A stretch of 64,000 bases of DNA from the human T2T-CHM13v2.0 reference genome, Homo sapiens. The notes under the pieces were generated by a model. That model was not told where the DNA came from, made no database searches, and saw only the letters and a program-made list of their open reading frames with translations. Shown here piece by piece: positions 43,261-57,740 of the stretch (positions are counted from its first letter, which is position 1; every line of letters begins with the position of its first letter). Both the position numbers and the translations under genes were made by a program. Where the stretch lies: the NCBI RefSeq assembly GCF_009914755.1, contig NC_060939.1; one strand, 5' to 3'.

Positions 43261-43915
43261 TGTTGTTACTATGCAGCAGGGCCCTAGAAAACCTTTCTTT
43301 CTCCATTCAGCCAACTGATTACTCATTTTGTTTTCAGATCATAAATATTCACATCATAAATGTTAATGTGTTCTATACCATGATTGAAAATGTGTGTGTT
43401 AGTATTGTAGTAATACTGTCTTTTGGACCCCTTTCTTCAAAATATTTGCAAATGTGTGGTATTTTATTCTGGCCTCATGTGGTACATATAATGCATATAA
43501 TTGGATTTTCCTGTTATAAAAAGTCACTTTTACTTAGAAATTGTCAGGTGCCAAAGGTTATACAGCTAGTTTAGTGACAGGTTTGGGGCTGGGATGTAGG
43601 TTTTCTCACTTGGCTTGCAGTAAACCTTCTCAGTCAGGTTGTGAAGAAAGAGTAACTGGAAATTGCACAAGATAGTAAAGTAGAAGCAACATTTCAGTAA
43701 TGTTTAAAGTTTTCTGGCATTCAGGATGTTTTTCTTCTTAACCTTAAAAGCATCCATTAGTTCTTGTTTTGTAGTAACTTTTTTTCGTACCACGACAGTG
43801 GTGTGTATTTTAGAAAAAAGGAAAATAATTTTTTAAATTGCCTTTAAGTTATTATTTTAAATAACTTGAGTATATGCTGCTAGTCTTTTATCTGTGAACA
43901 CAATATCTACAGAAT

Positions 43916-44887
43916 TTTTTTCTTTGACTTTTATTTTTGGTTCAGGGGTATGTGTGTATGTTTGTTACATGAGTAAATTGCGTGTCACTGGGGTTTTGTG
44001 TGTGAATATTCATGTCACCCAAATAATAAGCACAGTAGGTGATAGTTTTTCAATCTTTACCCACCTCTTACGCTCCTCCCTCTAGTAGTCTCCAGTGTTT
44101 GTTGTTCTCAACTTTGTGTCTATATACACTCAATGTTTAGCTCTCACTGATAAACGAGAACAGTGGGATTTGGTTTCTGTTCCTGTGTTAATTCGCTTAG
44201 AATGATGGCCTCCAGCTGCCTCCGTGTTGCTGCAAAGGACATGATTTTGTTCTTTTTATGACTGTGTAGTGTTCCATGGTGTATATGCATCACGTTTTCT
44301 TTATCCATTCCACTGTTGTTGGATATCTAGGTTGATTCTGTGTCTTTGCTATCATGACTAGTGTTATGATAAAACGTACATGTGTCTTTTTGGTAGATTA
44401 GTTTATTTTCCTTTGGGTATATACCCAATAATGGAATTGCTGGGTCAAATGGTAGTTCTGTTTTAAGTTCTTTGAGAAATCTCCAAACTGCTGTGCACAG
44501 TGGCTAAACTAATTTACATTCTCAGCAACAATGTGTAAATATTCCCCTTGCTCTGTAACCTCACAAACATCTTTTTTTTTTTTTTTTTTGGGACATTGAG
44601 TCTCACTCTACCCCCCAGGCTGAAGTGCAGTGGTGTGATCTCGGTTCACTGCAACCTCCGCCTCCAGGTTCAAGTGATTCTCGTACCTCAGCCTCCCGAG
44701 TAGCTGGGATTACAGGCGCCTGCCACCATGCCTGGCTGATATTTATATTTTTAGTAGAGATGGAGTTTCACCATGTTGGCCAGGCTGGTCTCGAACTCTG
44801 GACCTCAGGTAATCTACCCTCCTCGGCCTCCCAAAGCGCTGGGATTACAGGCGTGAGCCACTGCGCCTGGCCAGCCTCACCGATGTC
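43916..44887 (-). mobile_element. 5'-truncated L1PA16/L1PB-like element with TSD, containing an Alu
   Basis: Primate L1 3'UTR antisense; TATCTACAGAAT at 43904-43915 and 44888-44899. Confidence 0.85.
44572..44872 (-). mobile_element. Alu (AluS-like)
   Basis: Complete antisense dimer. Confidence 0.93.
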
Positions 44888-46372
44888 TATCTACAGAATA
44901 TTTAATAACAAAACTAGAACTACATTTTTCCTACCCACAACAATACATTGTGAACATTTATTGTACAGTGTTCCACCTTTTTAATGGCTACAGTATTGTA
45001 GGGACAGGCCACCTCTGTAGGCTTCTATATTATTCCCCTGCCATATATTCACTCTTTTGATTGTGTTGGGATGAACATCCTTATTTGTATATTTTTCTCA
45101 TTTTTTTTTTCTTAGACTAAATTCTTGAAAGTAGAATGGATTTTTCAGGGGAAGCTGAAATTCATTTCTTTTTGAAATACTAAATTTTTAAATGTTGCCC
45201 AAATTGTTTAAAAACTTTATATCTACAGGATGATTTGGGGGCCATTCATTTGCAACAGTAGTAAGTGTTTCTGTTCCTTGGGGCTGAGTTTGCTGTTTTC
45301 ATTTTACATTTTGTCCCTTTACTATTGTCTATATGCCCAAGACTCCCAATGCTTATTTTTAGCCCTGATGTATGAGTCTTATGTCTAGTTTCCTATTTGA
45401 CATTTTCACTTGTCCATGACCATCTCAAGTTTCGTATGTCCAAAATTAAATCCTTAAGTTCCATTCTTTTAAAAAAGTAATAGATCCTTAAAGATTTTCT
45501 TTTGATAGAGATGCCTGTTTATTTCTTAAAGGAGTTCAGTTGTTGATTGTACATAATCATTTTTATTCCAAAAATCATTTGCTAGTTTAAAAAAAATTTT
45601 AATGTGTAGTTGATTGGCCAGAGTCATCAAAATGGGGTGTTCTGATGAACTCAGTGATTGGTGTTAATAAGGACTCAGTTTAAAAAGTAAAGTTTACCCC
45701 CTGTTTAAAGTCCATGCTCTTAAAATATTTATTTACTTAAGCAACAAGTTTCTTTAAAACAGTAAACAAAATTGAGTTTAAAAGACTGTGAACATTTGTA
45801 ATCAGTATTAGTATTAAATTGGTCTGAATATGAGTGCTAGATTCTATGATATCTTTTAAATTAAGACAGTAGAGCCCATATTGGGAATGTTTTTAAAAAT
45901 CTGGTTCCTGATTTTTTAAAAACATGACACATTTTTTTCAGTTACCTGAGTATTCAGTTTAAAGTAATTTTTTCCTGCATTCCTGTTGCCTGAATAACAG
46001 ATATAGGACTTGGGATTTAATTGGAGAGATTCTTTTTTCCCTCCTAGGAAAAGATAACATTAGTTTATGGGAGAAATGCCCATCTGTTTTCTAAAGGTAG
46101 ATTTTAAATGTTGCCATTTTGAGTAAAACTCCTTTAGCTTTACCATATTGAAAAATCAGTACTTGCATGATTTAAAAAGTTAGTGGTTAGCTTGAATTAA
46201 TAAAATCTGACTCCTGGAATTATTTGAAAGATATATGCATTTTTTTCAGTATTTGAATATTTTGAAATTGTACATAAATTTTTTGAAATTGTTTGAAATT
46301 TGTAAAACATACTTAACATAGAATTTACCACTTTAACCCTTTTAAAGTATATAGGTTAGTGGCATTAAATAA

Positions 46373-46735
<363 letters not shown>

Positions 46736-47515
46736 CGGATGTTTTCATCTTCTCAAACTGAAACTCTGTACTCATTACACAGTGACACCCTCCTCTTGAC
46801 CCTCCCTGCAACCCCTAGCAACTAACTACCATTCTACTCTATGTCTCTGAATTTGACTACTTTACGTACTTCATACCAATGGACTCATTAGTAGATTGGT
46901 CCTTTTGTGATTGGTTTATTTCCCTTACCTAATGTCTTCAAGGTTCATCTCTGTTGTAGCATGTGACAGGATTTCCTTCTTTTTTAATGCTGAATAATAT
47001 TCTATTGTATGTATGTACCACCTTTTAGTTTATTCTCCCACAGGTGGACATTCAGGTTGCTTCCACCTTTTGACTATTGTGAATAATGCTTCTATGAACA
47101 TTGGTGTACGGATATCTGAGTTCCTGCTTTAAGTTTTTTTGATTATATGTCTAAAAGTGGAATTCTTGGATCAGATGGCAATTCTATATTTAATTTTCTG
47201 AGCAAACGCCATACTGTTTTCCATAGCAGCTGTACTATTTTACATTCCCAAGAACAGTGCACAAGTGTTCCAGTTTTCCACACCCATGCTAGTGCTTGCT
47301 GTTCTGTTTCTTAATAGCCATTTGAATGGATGTGAAATGGCATCTCATTGTGGTTTTGACTTGCATTTCCTAATGATTAGTGATGTTGAGCATCTTTTCA
47401 TAGGCTTATTGAACATTGGTTTATCTTCTTTGGTGCAATGTCTATTCAAGTCCTTTGCCCATTTTTAAATTGGGTTATGTTTTTGTTGAGTTTTTAAATA
47501 TATTCTGGATATTAA

Positions 47516-47840
<325 letters not shown>

Positions 47841-48640
47841 GTGATCTGCAGTTATTATCTTTCATTTGGGGTTGCTGTTTTACTCTGTTGATAGTGCCGT
47901 TTGATGCACAGAAGTTTTTAATTTTGATAAAATGTAGTTTTTTTTGTTGTTGTTGTTGATGGTGCTTTTGGTGTTGTGACTAAGAAATTATTGCCAAATC
48001 CAACATCTTGAAGCTTTTGCTGTATGTTTTCTAAGAGTTTATAGTTTTAGCAGTTGGGTTTAAATCTTTGATCTATTGTGATTTAATTTTTGTATATGGT
48101 GTTAGATAAACATCCAACTTTATTCTTTTCCAGGTAGATATACCATTTTACCAGCATCATTTGTTGAAAAGACTGTCCCGCATTGAATGGTCTTAGCATC
48201 CTTTTTGAAAATCATTTGACCATATGTGAGGGTTTATTTGCGGGTTCTCTATTCTATTCCACTGGTCTTTATGTCTGTCTTTATGCCAGTACCACACTGT
48301 TTTGATTACTGTAGCATTATAGTAAATTTTGAAATCAGGTGTGAGTCCTTCAACTTTGTTCTTTTTCAAGATTATTTTGGCTATTTGGAGTCCCTTGAGA
48401 TTTCATACGAGTTTTAGGGTGACCTTTTCTATTTCTGCAAAAATACCATTGGGATTTAGTAGAGATTGCATTGAGTTTGTAGATCCCTTTGTGCAGTATT
48501 GATATCTTAATAACATGATCTTGAATCTATTAATATAAAACATCTTTCCATTTGTTTATGTCTTTATTCTTTCATCAGTGTTTTTTAGTTTTTAGTGTGC
48601 AAGCTTTTCACCTTCACCTCCTTGTTTCATTTTCTAAGTT

Positions 48641-48933
48641 CAGACGATACCCAACTTACAGTGGTTTGACTTACGATTTTTCGACTTTACAGTGTTGTGA
48701 AAGTGTTGAATTAATTACATGAGGTAGTCAACACTTTATTTTAAAATAGCTTTGTATTAGATGGTTTTGCTGAACTAGACTAATGTAAGTGTTCTGAGCA
48801 CGTTTAAGATAGGATAGGCTAAGCTGTGATGTTTGGTACGTTAGGTGTATTAAGTGCATTTTTGACTTAGGATATTTTCAATTTATGGTGGGTTTATAGG
48901 GATTTAACCCCATCGTAAGTCAAGTAGCATCTG
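48641..48933 (-). mobile_element. MER47-like Tigger-derived MITE
   Basis: Inverted ends CAGACGATACCCAACTTAC ... GTAAGTCAAGTAGCATCTG|TA; internal GTTCTGAGCACGTTTAAG. Confidence 0.78.
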
Positions 48934-50947
48934 TATTCTCTTTGATTCCATTGTAAATTGAATTTTCTTGTTTCATATTGTTCATTGTTAATGTATAGAA
49001 TTGCAGCTGGTTTGTGTGTTGATTTTGTATTTTGCTACTTTACTAAATTTATTAGTTCTACCATTTCTTTTGTAGAATCTTTAAGAGTTTTCTACGTGTA
49101 AGATCATGCTTGCTCATGAAAGGATTCTAGGGGACAAAAGACATCATGTCATCTTAAAACAGATATTTATACTCCTTTTTTTCTAATTTGGATGCCTTTA
49201 TTTCTTTTTCTTGTCTAATTGCTCTAGCTAGAGCTTCCATTACAGTGTTGAATAGAAGTGGTGAAAGTGGTCATCCGTATCTCATCCCTGATCTTAGTGG
49301 AAAGGCTTTCAGTCTTTGATCATTGAATATGAAGTTAGCTGTGGAATTTTTATATATAGTATTTATTATGATGAAGTAGTTTCCTTCTTTTCCTAGTTTG
49401 GTTGAGTGTTTTTATCATAAAGGGTGTTGTATTTTGTCAAATCCTTTTTCAGTACTAATTTAGATGATCATGTTTTTTTTCCCTCTTTATTCTCTTATGT
49501 GGTGTGTCACATTGATTTTAGTATGTTGAAACATCCTTGCGTTGCAGGAATAAATCCCACTTGATCACCATTATAATCCTTTTAATATTCGGTAGAATTC
49601 AGTTTGCTAGTATTTTATTGAGGGTTTTCGTGTCTATTCATAGGGTATATTGGTCTATAGTTTTCTTGTTGTATCTTTGATTTTGGTATTAGGGCAATAG
49701 GACCTCATAGAATGAGTTAGAAGATGTTCCTCTTCAGTTTTTTGGAAGAGTTTGAGGAGGATTGGTGTTAGTTCTTTAATTGTTTGGTAGAATTCATCAA
49801 TGAAGCCATTGAGTCTAAAGCTTTTCTTTGTCAGGAGGTTTTTAATTACCAATTCAATCTCCTTACTAGTTATTGCTCTATTCAGCTCTTTTTTGTTTCT
49901 TTGCAATTCAGTCTTGGTAGTTCTAGAAGCCTTTTGTGTTTCTAGGAATTTGTCCATTTTATCTAGGTTATCCCAGTTGTTGGTATATAGCTGTTTATAA
50001 GTACCCTCTTACAGTCTCATTTATTTCTATAGAGTAAGTTGTAATGCCCCCACTTTCATTTCTGATTTTAGTAATTTTGAGTCTTCTCTTTTTCTTCCTA
50101 GTCAGTCTAGCTAAAGGTTTGTCAATTTTGTTAATCGTTTTGAAGAATCAACTTTTGGCTTCGTTGATTTTTTTTTTCCGTTGTTTTTCTGTTATCTATT
50201 TCATTTATCTCTGCTCTCAAATTTGTTATTTCCTGCTTTCTGCTAGCTTTGAGTTTTCCTTTGGGGGAAAATCACAGCATCTTAATTTTTATGGCTTTAT
50301 ATAGTATGTGTGTCTTTTAGCTTTATCATTCAAGGTTTTCTTGGCTATTCTTTAACCTTTGTATTTCCAAATGAATTTTAGAATCAGCTTATCAATTTCC
50401 ACATACAATAAGAGAGAACCCGCTGATATGTTGATAGGGTTTGCATTCAGTCTGTACATGAATTTGGGGAGAATTAACATCTTTATAAAGTTGAAATTTC
50501 TGAAATTCTGCAAATATAGATTTGCTTATTATTTTCTACATTTTAAATTTCTCTCAGGATCAAGACAAGCAAAGTCATCTAACCGAAAGCGAAGATGACT
50601 GATGCATGTTGGAGATGTAAGCAGAGAGAATATGGCATAAAATAATCAACAAGGAATTGGGAAATGGAAGGTTTCTGGAAATGGAAGATTGTAATATGAA
50701 GGGAATATTTGAGGTTTAAGGTTCATGACCTTCATGAACTTAAAGTGAGATTAATTGGCTTGATTGGCATGCTAATTTTTTTTCACCTAGCCATATTTAG
50801 CTACATGGAAGCTGGTCTTCAGGGGTCAGATTTTGCAACAAAATGGAGGCAAGGGGTTGGAGCCAAAAGGAGGTGAGGGTGTGAATATGTAACTGGATAA
50901 GGAAGATAGTAAGGAACACGAAGTGGGTTAGGGCCAGTGAAAAAGTG

Positions 50948-51154
50948 GGAGTTTGAGATCAGCCTGGCCAACATGGTGAACCCCGCCTCTACTAAAAATA
51001 CAAAAATTAGCTGAACATGATGGTGGATGCCTATAGTCCCAGGTACTCGGGAGGCTGAGGCAGGAGAATCACTTGAACCCAGGAGGTAGAGGTTTCAGTG
51101 AGCCGAGATCACGCCACTGCACTCCAGCCTGGGCGACAGAGTGAGACTTTATCT

Positions 51155-51186
<32 letters not shown>
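50948..51186 (+). mobile_element. 5'-truncated Alu with a pure A tail of about 31 nt
   Basis: Starts GGAGTTTGAGATCAGCCTGGCC; A tail 51156-51186. Confidence 0.9.
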
Positions 51187-51188
<2 letters not shown>

Positions 51189-52887
51189 CTTGCTATAATT
51201 GTAGACTTGACTTAGTTTTTTTGGTGTTGGCTTTATATATAGGCATACCCTGTTTCTTAGCTGAAGTTTATTTAGGAAAAGTGTATTTTTACATCACAAA
51301 ACTCAGTAGTCTAACAAACTGGTATATGTGAAAAGTCACAAATTATATTCCAAGTATAGTTTGTAGAATATTAGAATTACATTTAGGCATTTTGAAGCAT
51401 GTAAAGGGAATGTGCATCTCTGATGTTGCTGGCAATAAGCTAGACATTACAATATTAGAAGCCTTTGAGCCATTGTCTTCCATGTGTGTTTGTGCTAAAC
51501 ATTTTTCTAATTGCCTTTCATATTTAGCCCTTATTTTTGCTTAGATTTGTAGAATGCACAAAAAAGTTGAGGAAGTGTTAAATTGTGGAGAAGGAAAAAA
51601 AGCCAGTGAGAAAGTAACTGCATATGAAGTCATGTAGTAAGCATTTTACATCCCTTAGCCATGGTAATTTACTATAAAAGGGGATTTTTTTGTGTGCTGA
51701 ATTTTAAAAGAGAAATGATTGGGGATTATGGTTGATGTGTAACGTATTATAATTTTTCCCTACTTGAAATAATGGGAAATAAATTTCTGGTTATGGTTTT
51801 TGCACAGAATATCTGATTTTCAGGAGCAGATTCCTAACTGTAAGTGTTGTTAGGTACACTCAGATTTAGAACTGATATGTCTTCCTGGTGAATTGAACTT
51901 TTATTGTTTTGAAGTATCCTTCTATATCTATCCATGCAATCCATGTATATGTATCTAGTGTCTGCCTCCTGCATTCAAGTTTACTATGATAGCCACACAA
52001 CTTTCTTTTGGTTTGTGTTTTACATGGTGTGTCTTTCACTATGCTTTTACTTTTTTTCTGTATCCCCATATTTAAGATGTGTCCTCTGTAATCATCATAT
52101 AATTGGGATTTTTAAAAATCCACTTCTATTATCTTCTTTTAAAAATTGAGGTTTAGTTTAATCCTATTTAATGTAATTACTTACATATTTGGATTAAATC
52201 TGTCATCTCTGTTTGCTTTCTATTTGTCTTTCCTTTCTTGCCTTCTTTTGGGTTATTTATTAATCCATTTTTCCCCCTCTTAGCTGTTTGTGCTTTTACT
52301 GTTCTTGCCATAGTTACCCAAGAGATTACCACATGCATCCCTGACTTTAAGGTCTAAAGTAAATGAGCATTTTTTCTACTTCCTAATCAATGAAAGGATT
52401 TTAGGACACTTTTATTTCATTTTGCTATCCTCCCCTATTATGTACTATTACTGTTATGTATTGTAACATTTGAAATCCCACAAAGTATTATTGTTTAGTC
52501 AGTATTCCTTTATTCCTTTGGAGTTACTCAGTGAACCCTCTCAACCCTGTTCATTGCACTTCATCTTTTGTGCATATCCAAGCTGTATATAGGGTTCTTT
52601 TTTCTTTATACTTGAAAAGTCCCTTCAATATTTCCTGATAACAGACTCTGTTTGTTTGCCTTAAAGTTGCCTCTCTATTTTGCCTTCATTTCAGAAGGAT
52701 TTTTTTTTTTTTTTTGTCAGATACAAAATTTTGGTTTGGCATTTCCCCACCAGCATTTTGAAGATACCATTTCACTGTCTTCTGGCTTTTATTATTTGGG
52801 AAAAGTCAGCTAGCTATAACTCTTATTGTTGCTTCTTGAAGTTAATCTTTTTAAATTTTTCTGGCTGCTTTTAAGATCTCTCTGTCT

Positions 52888-53892
<1,005 letters not shown>

Positions 53893-55109
53893 TTAGCTAT
53901 TATGTCTTCAGATATTTTTTTCTTGCCTATATGTTTTCTCCTCCCCTCTGAGACTCCAGTTACATGTACTTTGTATCCGTTTTCCATGTGCTGTAATTTC
54001 TCATTCTTTTCTATATTTCTCATTCTCTTTTTGTGCTTCAGTCTAGGTGTTTTATTGTTTCCTGTCTTCTGGGTTGATTCTTTCTTCAGCTGTGTCTAAA
54101 GTATTATTAAAACCATCCATCACTTCTTTTTCAAAATTGTATTTTTTGATTTCATGTTTTCCACTTTTTGTTTATGAAAATTCTTCATTTTACTTTTTAA
54201 TTCCTTGAACATTTAACTTGTTTTAAACTTTTTTTCTGATAACACCATTATCTGGATCTACTGTGAATCTGTTTCTATTGCCATTTTAAAAATCTTGGTT
54301 TCAGTTGGGTTTTGACCGGTTATATTTTGATTTCCAGACATTTATATGAAACGTGAAAAAATGTGAATTTCTAGATGATGTTATCTTTCTGCTGAGAATT
54401 ACTTTTGCTACTGGTATGCAGCTAGGCCAATAAGAGTAGTTGGCCCGGATTGCCTTAATCGAATGAGGGATTGAGATGATTTAAAGCTGTGCTTCTCTTC
54501 CTGCGTGGGCTAGTCTGTTGCTAGTTCACCTTTATACCTAGAGTATAGTTCTTTGGAGTCTGTCCCTATGCCTGATGTGTTTGCCAGGGCTGCTCCTCCT
54601 TGGCAGACCCTAAATCCAAGTTTTGTATGTCCGCCCACAGGTCTCTTGAAAGCTCTGTTAACTTTCTCAGTCTCTCGGGCAGTAGTTTTGGAATCTACAG
54701 GCAGATGAGTCCAGAGACTGGTCTCACCTATTTCTTCCAGATCTCCGCCCTGCAGATTCTCTAGTTTTGAAAGTTCTCTAGTGTATAAAACAGATTATCT
54801 TGTGTTTTTCTTTTCTAGTTGTTCTCAAAGGAAGGTTGGTTTGAAGCAAACTACTCCACCATTGTCAAAAGCAAAAAATGCCCAAATATGTTCTGGAATT
54901 AAGAATTTTTTAGGTGATATAAGGTAGTACACTGTATCCATCTTACAGCCATTAAAATATCTTGCATGCCTTAGCGATACTGTCTCTGTAGTAAAATGTA
55001 TTAATATTTCTCTTGCCTACTACAGTACAAGTGTTTATATTGGGAATTGGATACAATGTGATCTGTTAAAAGAAATATTCTACAACACAGCCTGTTTGAT
55101 TGGGCCCCA

Positions 55110-55470
55110 CGAGTGACTAGCCATCTTTCAGTTCCTCTAATGTTTCCTGTTCCCTTTTGTCATGGGGCTTTTGTACATGTTGTTCTCCCTGCCTAATATG
55201 TATATCTCATACTCGAGTTTGAGTATGAGACACATCCTCAGGGGAGCCTTTCCTGAACCATAAATTTAATTCAGATAAATGAACTTTCTAGTTTGGAATT
55301 ATGCAAACTCATTTGCATTATGGTTTGATTAATGTCTTTTTCTTCTACTAGACTCTGAACTCTGCTAGATTAGGAATCATATCCTTTTTTTTTTTTCTGA
55401 CCATGTTATCCTCTGTGCATAGTTCAGTGTTTGGAAGTACATTTATTAGAAGTAGGTGAACAATTAATAG
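55110..55470 (+). mobile_element. L2 fragment
   Basis: GGGCTTTTGTACATGTTGTTC, CCTCAGGGGAGCCTTTCCTGA, CTAGACTCTGAACTC. Confidence 0.6.
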
Positions 55471-56234
55471 GTTATCAGTTAATAGATGATCAACTACTGT
55501 TTGTATCAATGAAGAAATAAAATAATGAGGGAAGATAAATAAGAAATGCTGTGCTGATGTTAGTGCTGGAAATGATAAGAAACGAAAGGCTTATAGCTTT
55601 TGAGCAAAAGCCAGATTTAATCACACACTGGATTTGCACAGTACAATTGAAGTTTTATTGATACACATGTACAGTATTGAAAATACTTGCATAAAATTCC
55701 CATGGGAATGTATTATTATGACTGTTGTATTATAGCATTCATGCCCCCATCTCCTCGTATTTTTATTATGTAAGTCTGAAAGCACTAGGTTTTTAAAATG
55801 ACACAGCCATCATTCAGAACATGACAAACTATATCATTTCCAGTCATCCTACTACACAGAATAAATGGAATAAAAAACGCTTGAAAGATTTTTTAAGTCT
55901 TGAAGGAAAGCAGACTTAAAATTTATACACACACACACGAAGGTGCTGTGGTTTATTCTACCAAGGGAAATTGATTTTCACTTCATCTGGAAGTGCAAAC
56001 TGAATCTTGACTGATAAGGAGGTGTTCATTAAATGGCCAAAGGAATGTTTCATTTAAATGCATATTTTTACGAAAGTATATAGTGGCTTTGTGAATTGAC
56101 AAATAGTGATTTGGCTGGAGGCTAGGGCAATTTGCAAGAATTTGAAAAGACAGATTGGGGCTATCCAGATTAGTTCATTGTTTGGTATGGAGGTCATCAG
56201 AAGTTTTTAAGGATATTCTGTGTTGTGAAGAACA

Positions 56235-56460
56235 GAAGTGCTGGAACCAGATTCCCTGAGTTTATAACCCCAAGCTCTGCCCCTTACTACGTGACCTTGG
56301 GCGTATTGCTTAATTTTTCTGTGTCTCAGTGTCTCTATTTATAAAATGGAGGTAATAATTATAGATTGCTATTAGGATTGAATGAGTTAAGACATGTCCA
56401 TGCTTAGGAAAATGTCTAGTACATAGAAGAATCTCAGTAAGGCTTGGCTCTTGTTGCTAT
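56235..56460 (+). mobile_element. MIR
   Basis: GTGACCTTGGGCG...CTCAGTGTCTCTATTTATAAAATGG. Confidence 0.7.
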
Positions 56461-56713
56461 TATTGTATACATTGAGAAAACCTCAAACATTATTGTTGCA
56501 TTAGTTTAACCAGAACTAGAGACACAAAGAGATTCAAGAGGTATTTTAGGGGTAAAGTTAACAAGACTTCAACTTATTTACTAATTTTGTATAACCAGAA
56601 ATTTCAACTAATAATGCTGTGTGCAGTGTAAAAGCAAATTTGAAATTTGTATAACACTTACATGATTTGTAAACTTACAGATTTTAAATCTTCTAATTTG
56701 TGTTTTCTTTTAG

Positions 56714-56855
56714 ATCTTGTAGAAAATTTCAGCTGTAGCCCTTGGACTAGAAGCTGAAATAACAGAAGCTGTGTACGATGCATTAGGGTATTGAAGAAAA
56801 TTAACTTTTGAATTAAATATTTGGAATATAAGGAAATAAGGAAAGTTGACTGAAA
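56714..56855 (+). other. MEF2A: 5'UTR part of the MEF2A first coding exon (whole exon 56714-56909, 196 nt)
   Basis: Acceptor TTTGTGTTTTCTTTTAG|ATC with a CTAAT branch-like motif just upstream; in-frame TGA at 56847-56849 before the ATG. Confidence 0.88.
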
Positions 56856-56909
56856 ATGGGGCGGAAGAAAATACAAATCACACGCATAATGGATGAAAGG
56901 AACCGACAG
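56856..56909 (+). CDS. MEF2A: Myocyte enhancer factor 2A, first 18 codons (MADS-box N-terminus); CDS continues beyond the window
   Basis: ATGGGGCGG...CGACAG = MGRKKIQITRIMDERNRQ; Kozak AAAATGG; phase-0 donor CAG|GTAAAT. The peptide is shared with MEF2C; codons and UTR match MEF2A as I recall them. Confidence 0.95.
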
Positions 56910-57524
56910 GTAAATGAAAATTTTAATTTATTTAATTGATATGAATATTCTTTTAAAAAAAGAACATAGGACAGAATGGTTGGGTTTTTCTTAAACTTAA
57001 TTTTAAGTCTAAATATTTTTAGTTACAGACTAAATGAAAAATTCTAACAATCATAAAATTGTATCTTTTCATCATCTGCTTTAAAGAGACTTCCTTATTA
57101 TAGATATATGTCACCAAAAATATAGATACTCAAAAGTAAAATCACCACAATCCCCACCATTACCAATCCATTGTATAGATTTCTCATAAGATATTTAGTC
57201 TTCTATGTATTTGATTATATATTTGACTGTTAGTCTTTTTTATATTGATTATTTTTAAGTTATCACATCTGTTTTTATAATTAGCTAAGTTAACTATAAT
57301 TATCAGTGAATGTGTTCTAGTCAGTTAAATTTTCTGGTTAACCAATATGTAATGAGAATTTTTTATACTTATTGCAAATATTTTTAAATTTATATATGTA
57401 CCTCAGTTTTAATTGATAAAATATATTGAAGTTATTTTATGGTACCAGTGTGGGTAAATCCTTACAGATTCAAGGTAATTATAATGATGCTGGTATATGA
57501 AGAGGCCAGAAGTTTTAAGTGTCT

Positions 57525-57740
57525 AATGTTGGCTTAACAAACTATGGTCCATGGGCTGGCCATCTGTTATTGTAAATAAAGTTTTATTAGAGCACTGTCA
57601 TGCTCATTCATTTACATATTGTCTATGGCTGCTTTCGCATTATAACAACAGAATTGAGTAGTTGCCCCAGAAACTATATGGTCCATAAGCGTAAAATGTT
57701 TACTCTCTGACACTTTTAGAAAAAGTTTACCAACTCCTTA
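57525..57740. mobile_element. MER58A-like hAT-Charlie element
   Basis: GTAAATAAAGTTTTATT...CATTTACATATTGTCTATGGCTGCTTTC...GAAAAAGTTTACCAACTCCT. Confidence 0.8.

Noticed and set aside
49655-49957. 100-aa ORF as a functional protein
   Set aside because: Decayed L1 ORF2p fragment inside a fragmented L1.
56658-56876. 72-aa antisense ORF over the MEF2A exon
   Set aside because: Chance open frame on the opposite strand; no recognisable domain.
56856-56909. MEF2C or a processed pseudogene as the identity
   Set aside because: Intact splice sites exclude a retrocopy; codons and leader match MEF2A as recalled, although the peptide alone cannot distinguish it from MEF2C.
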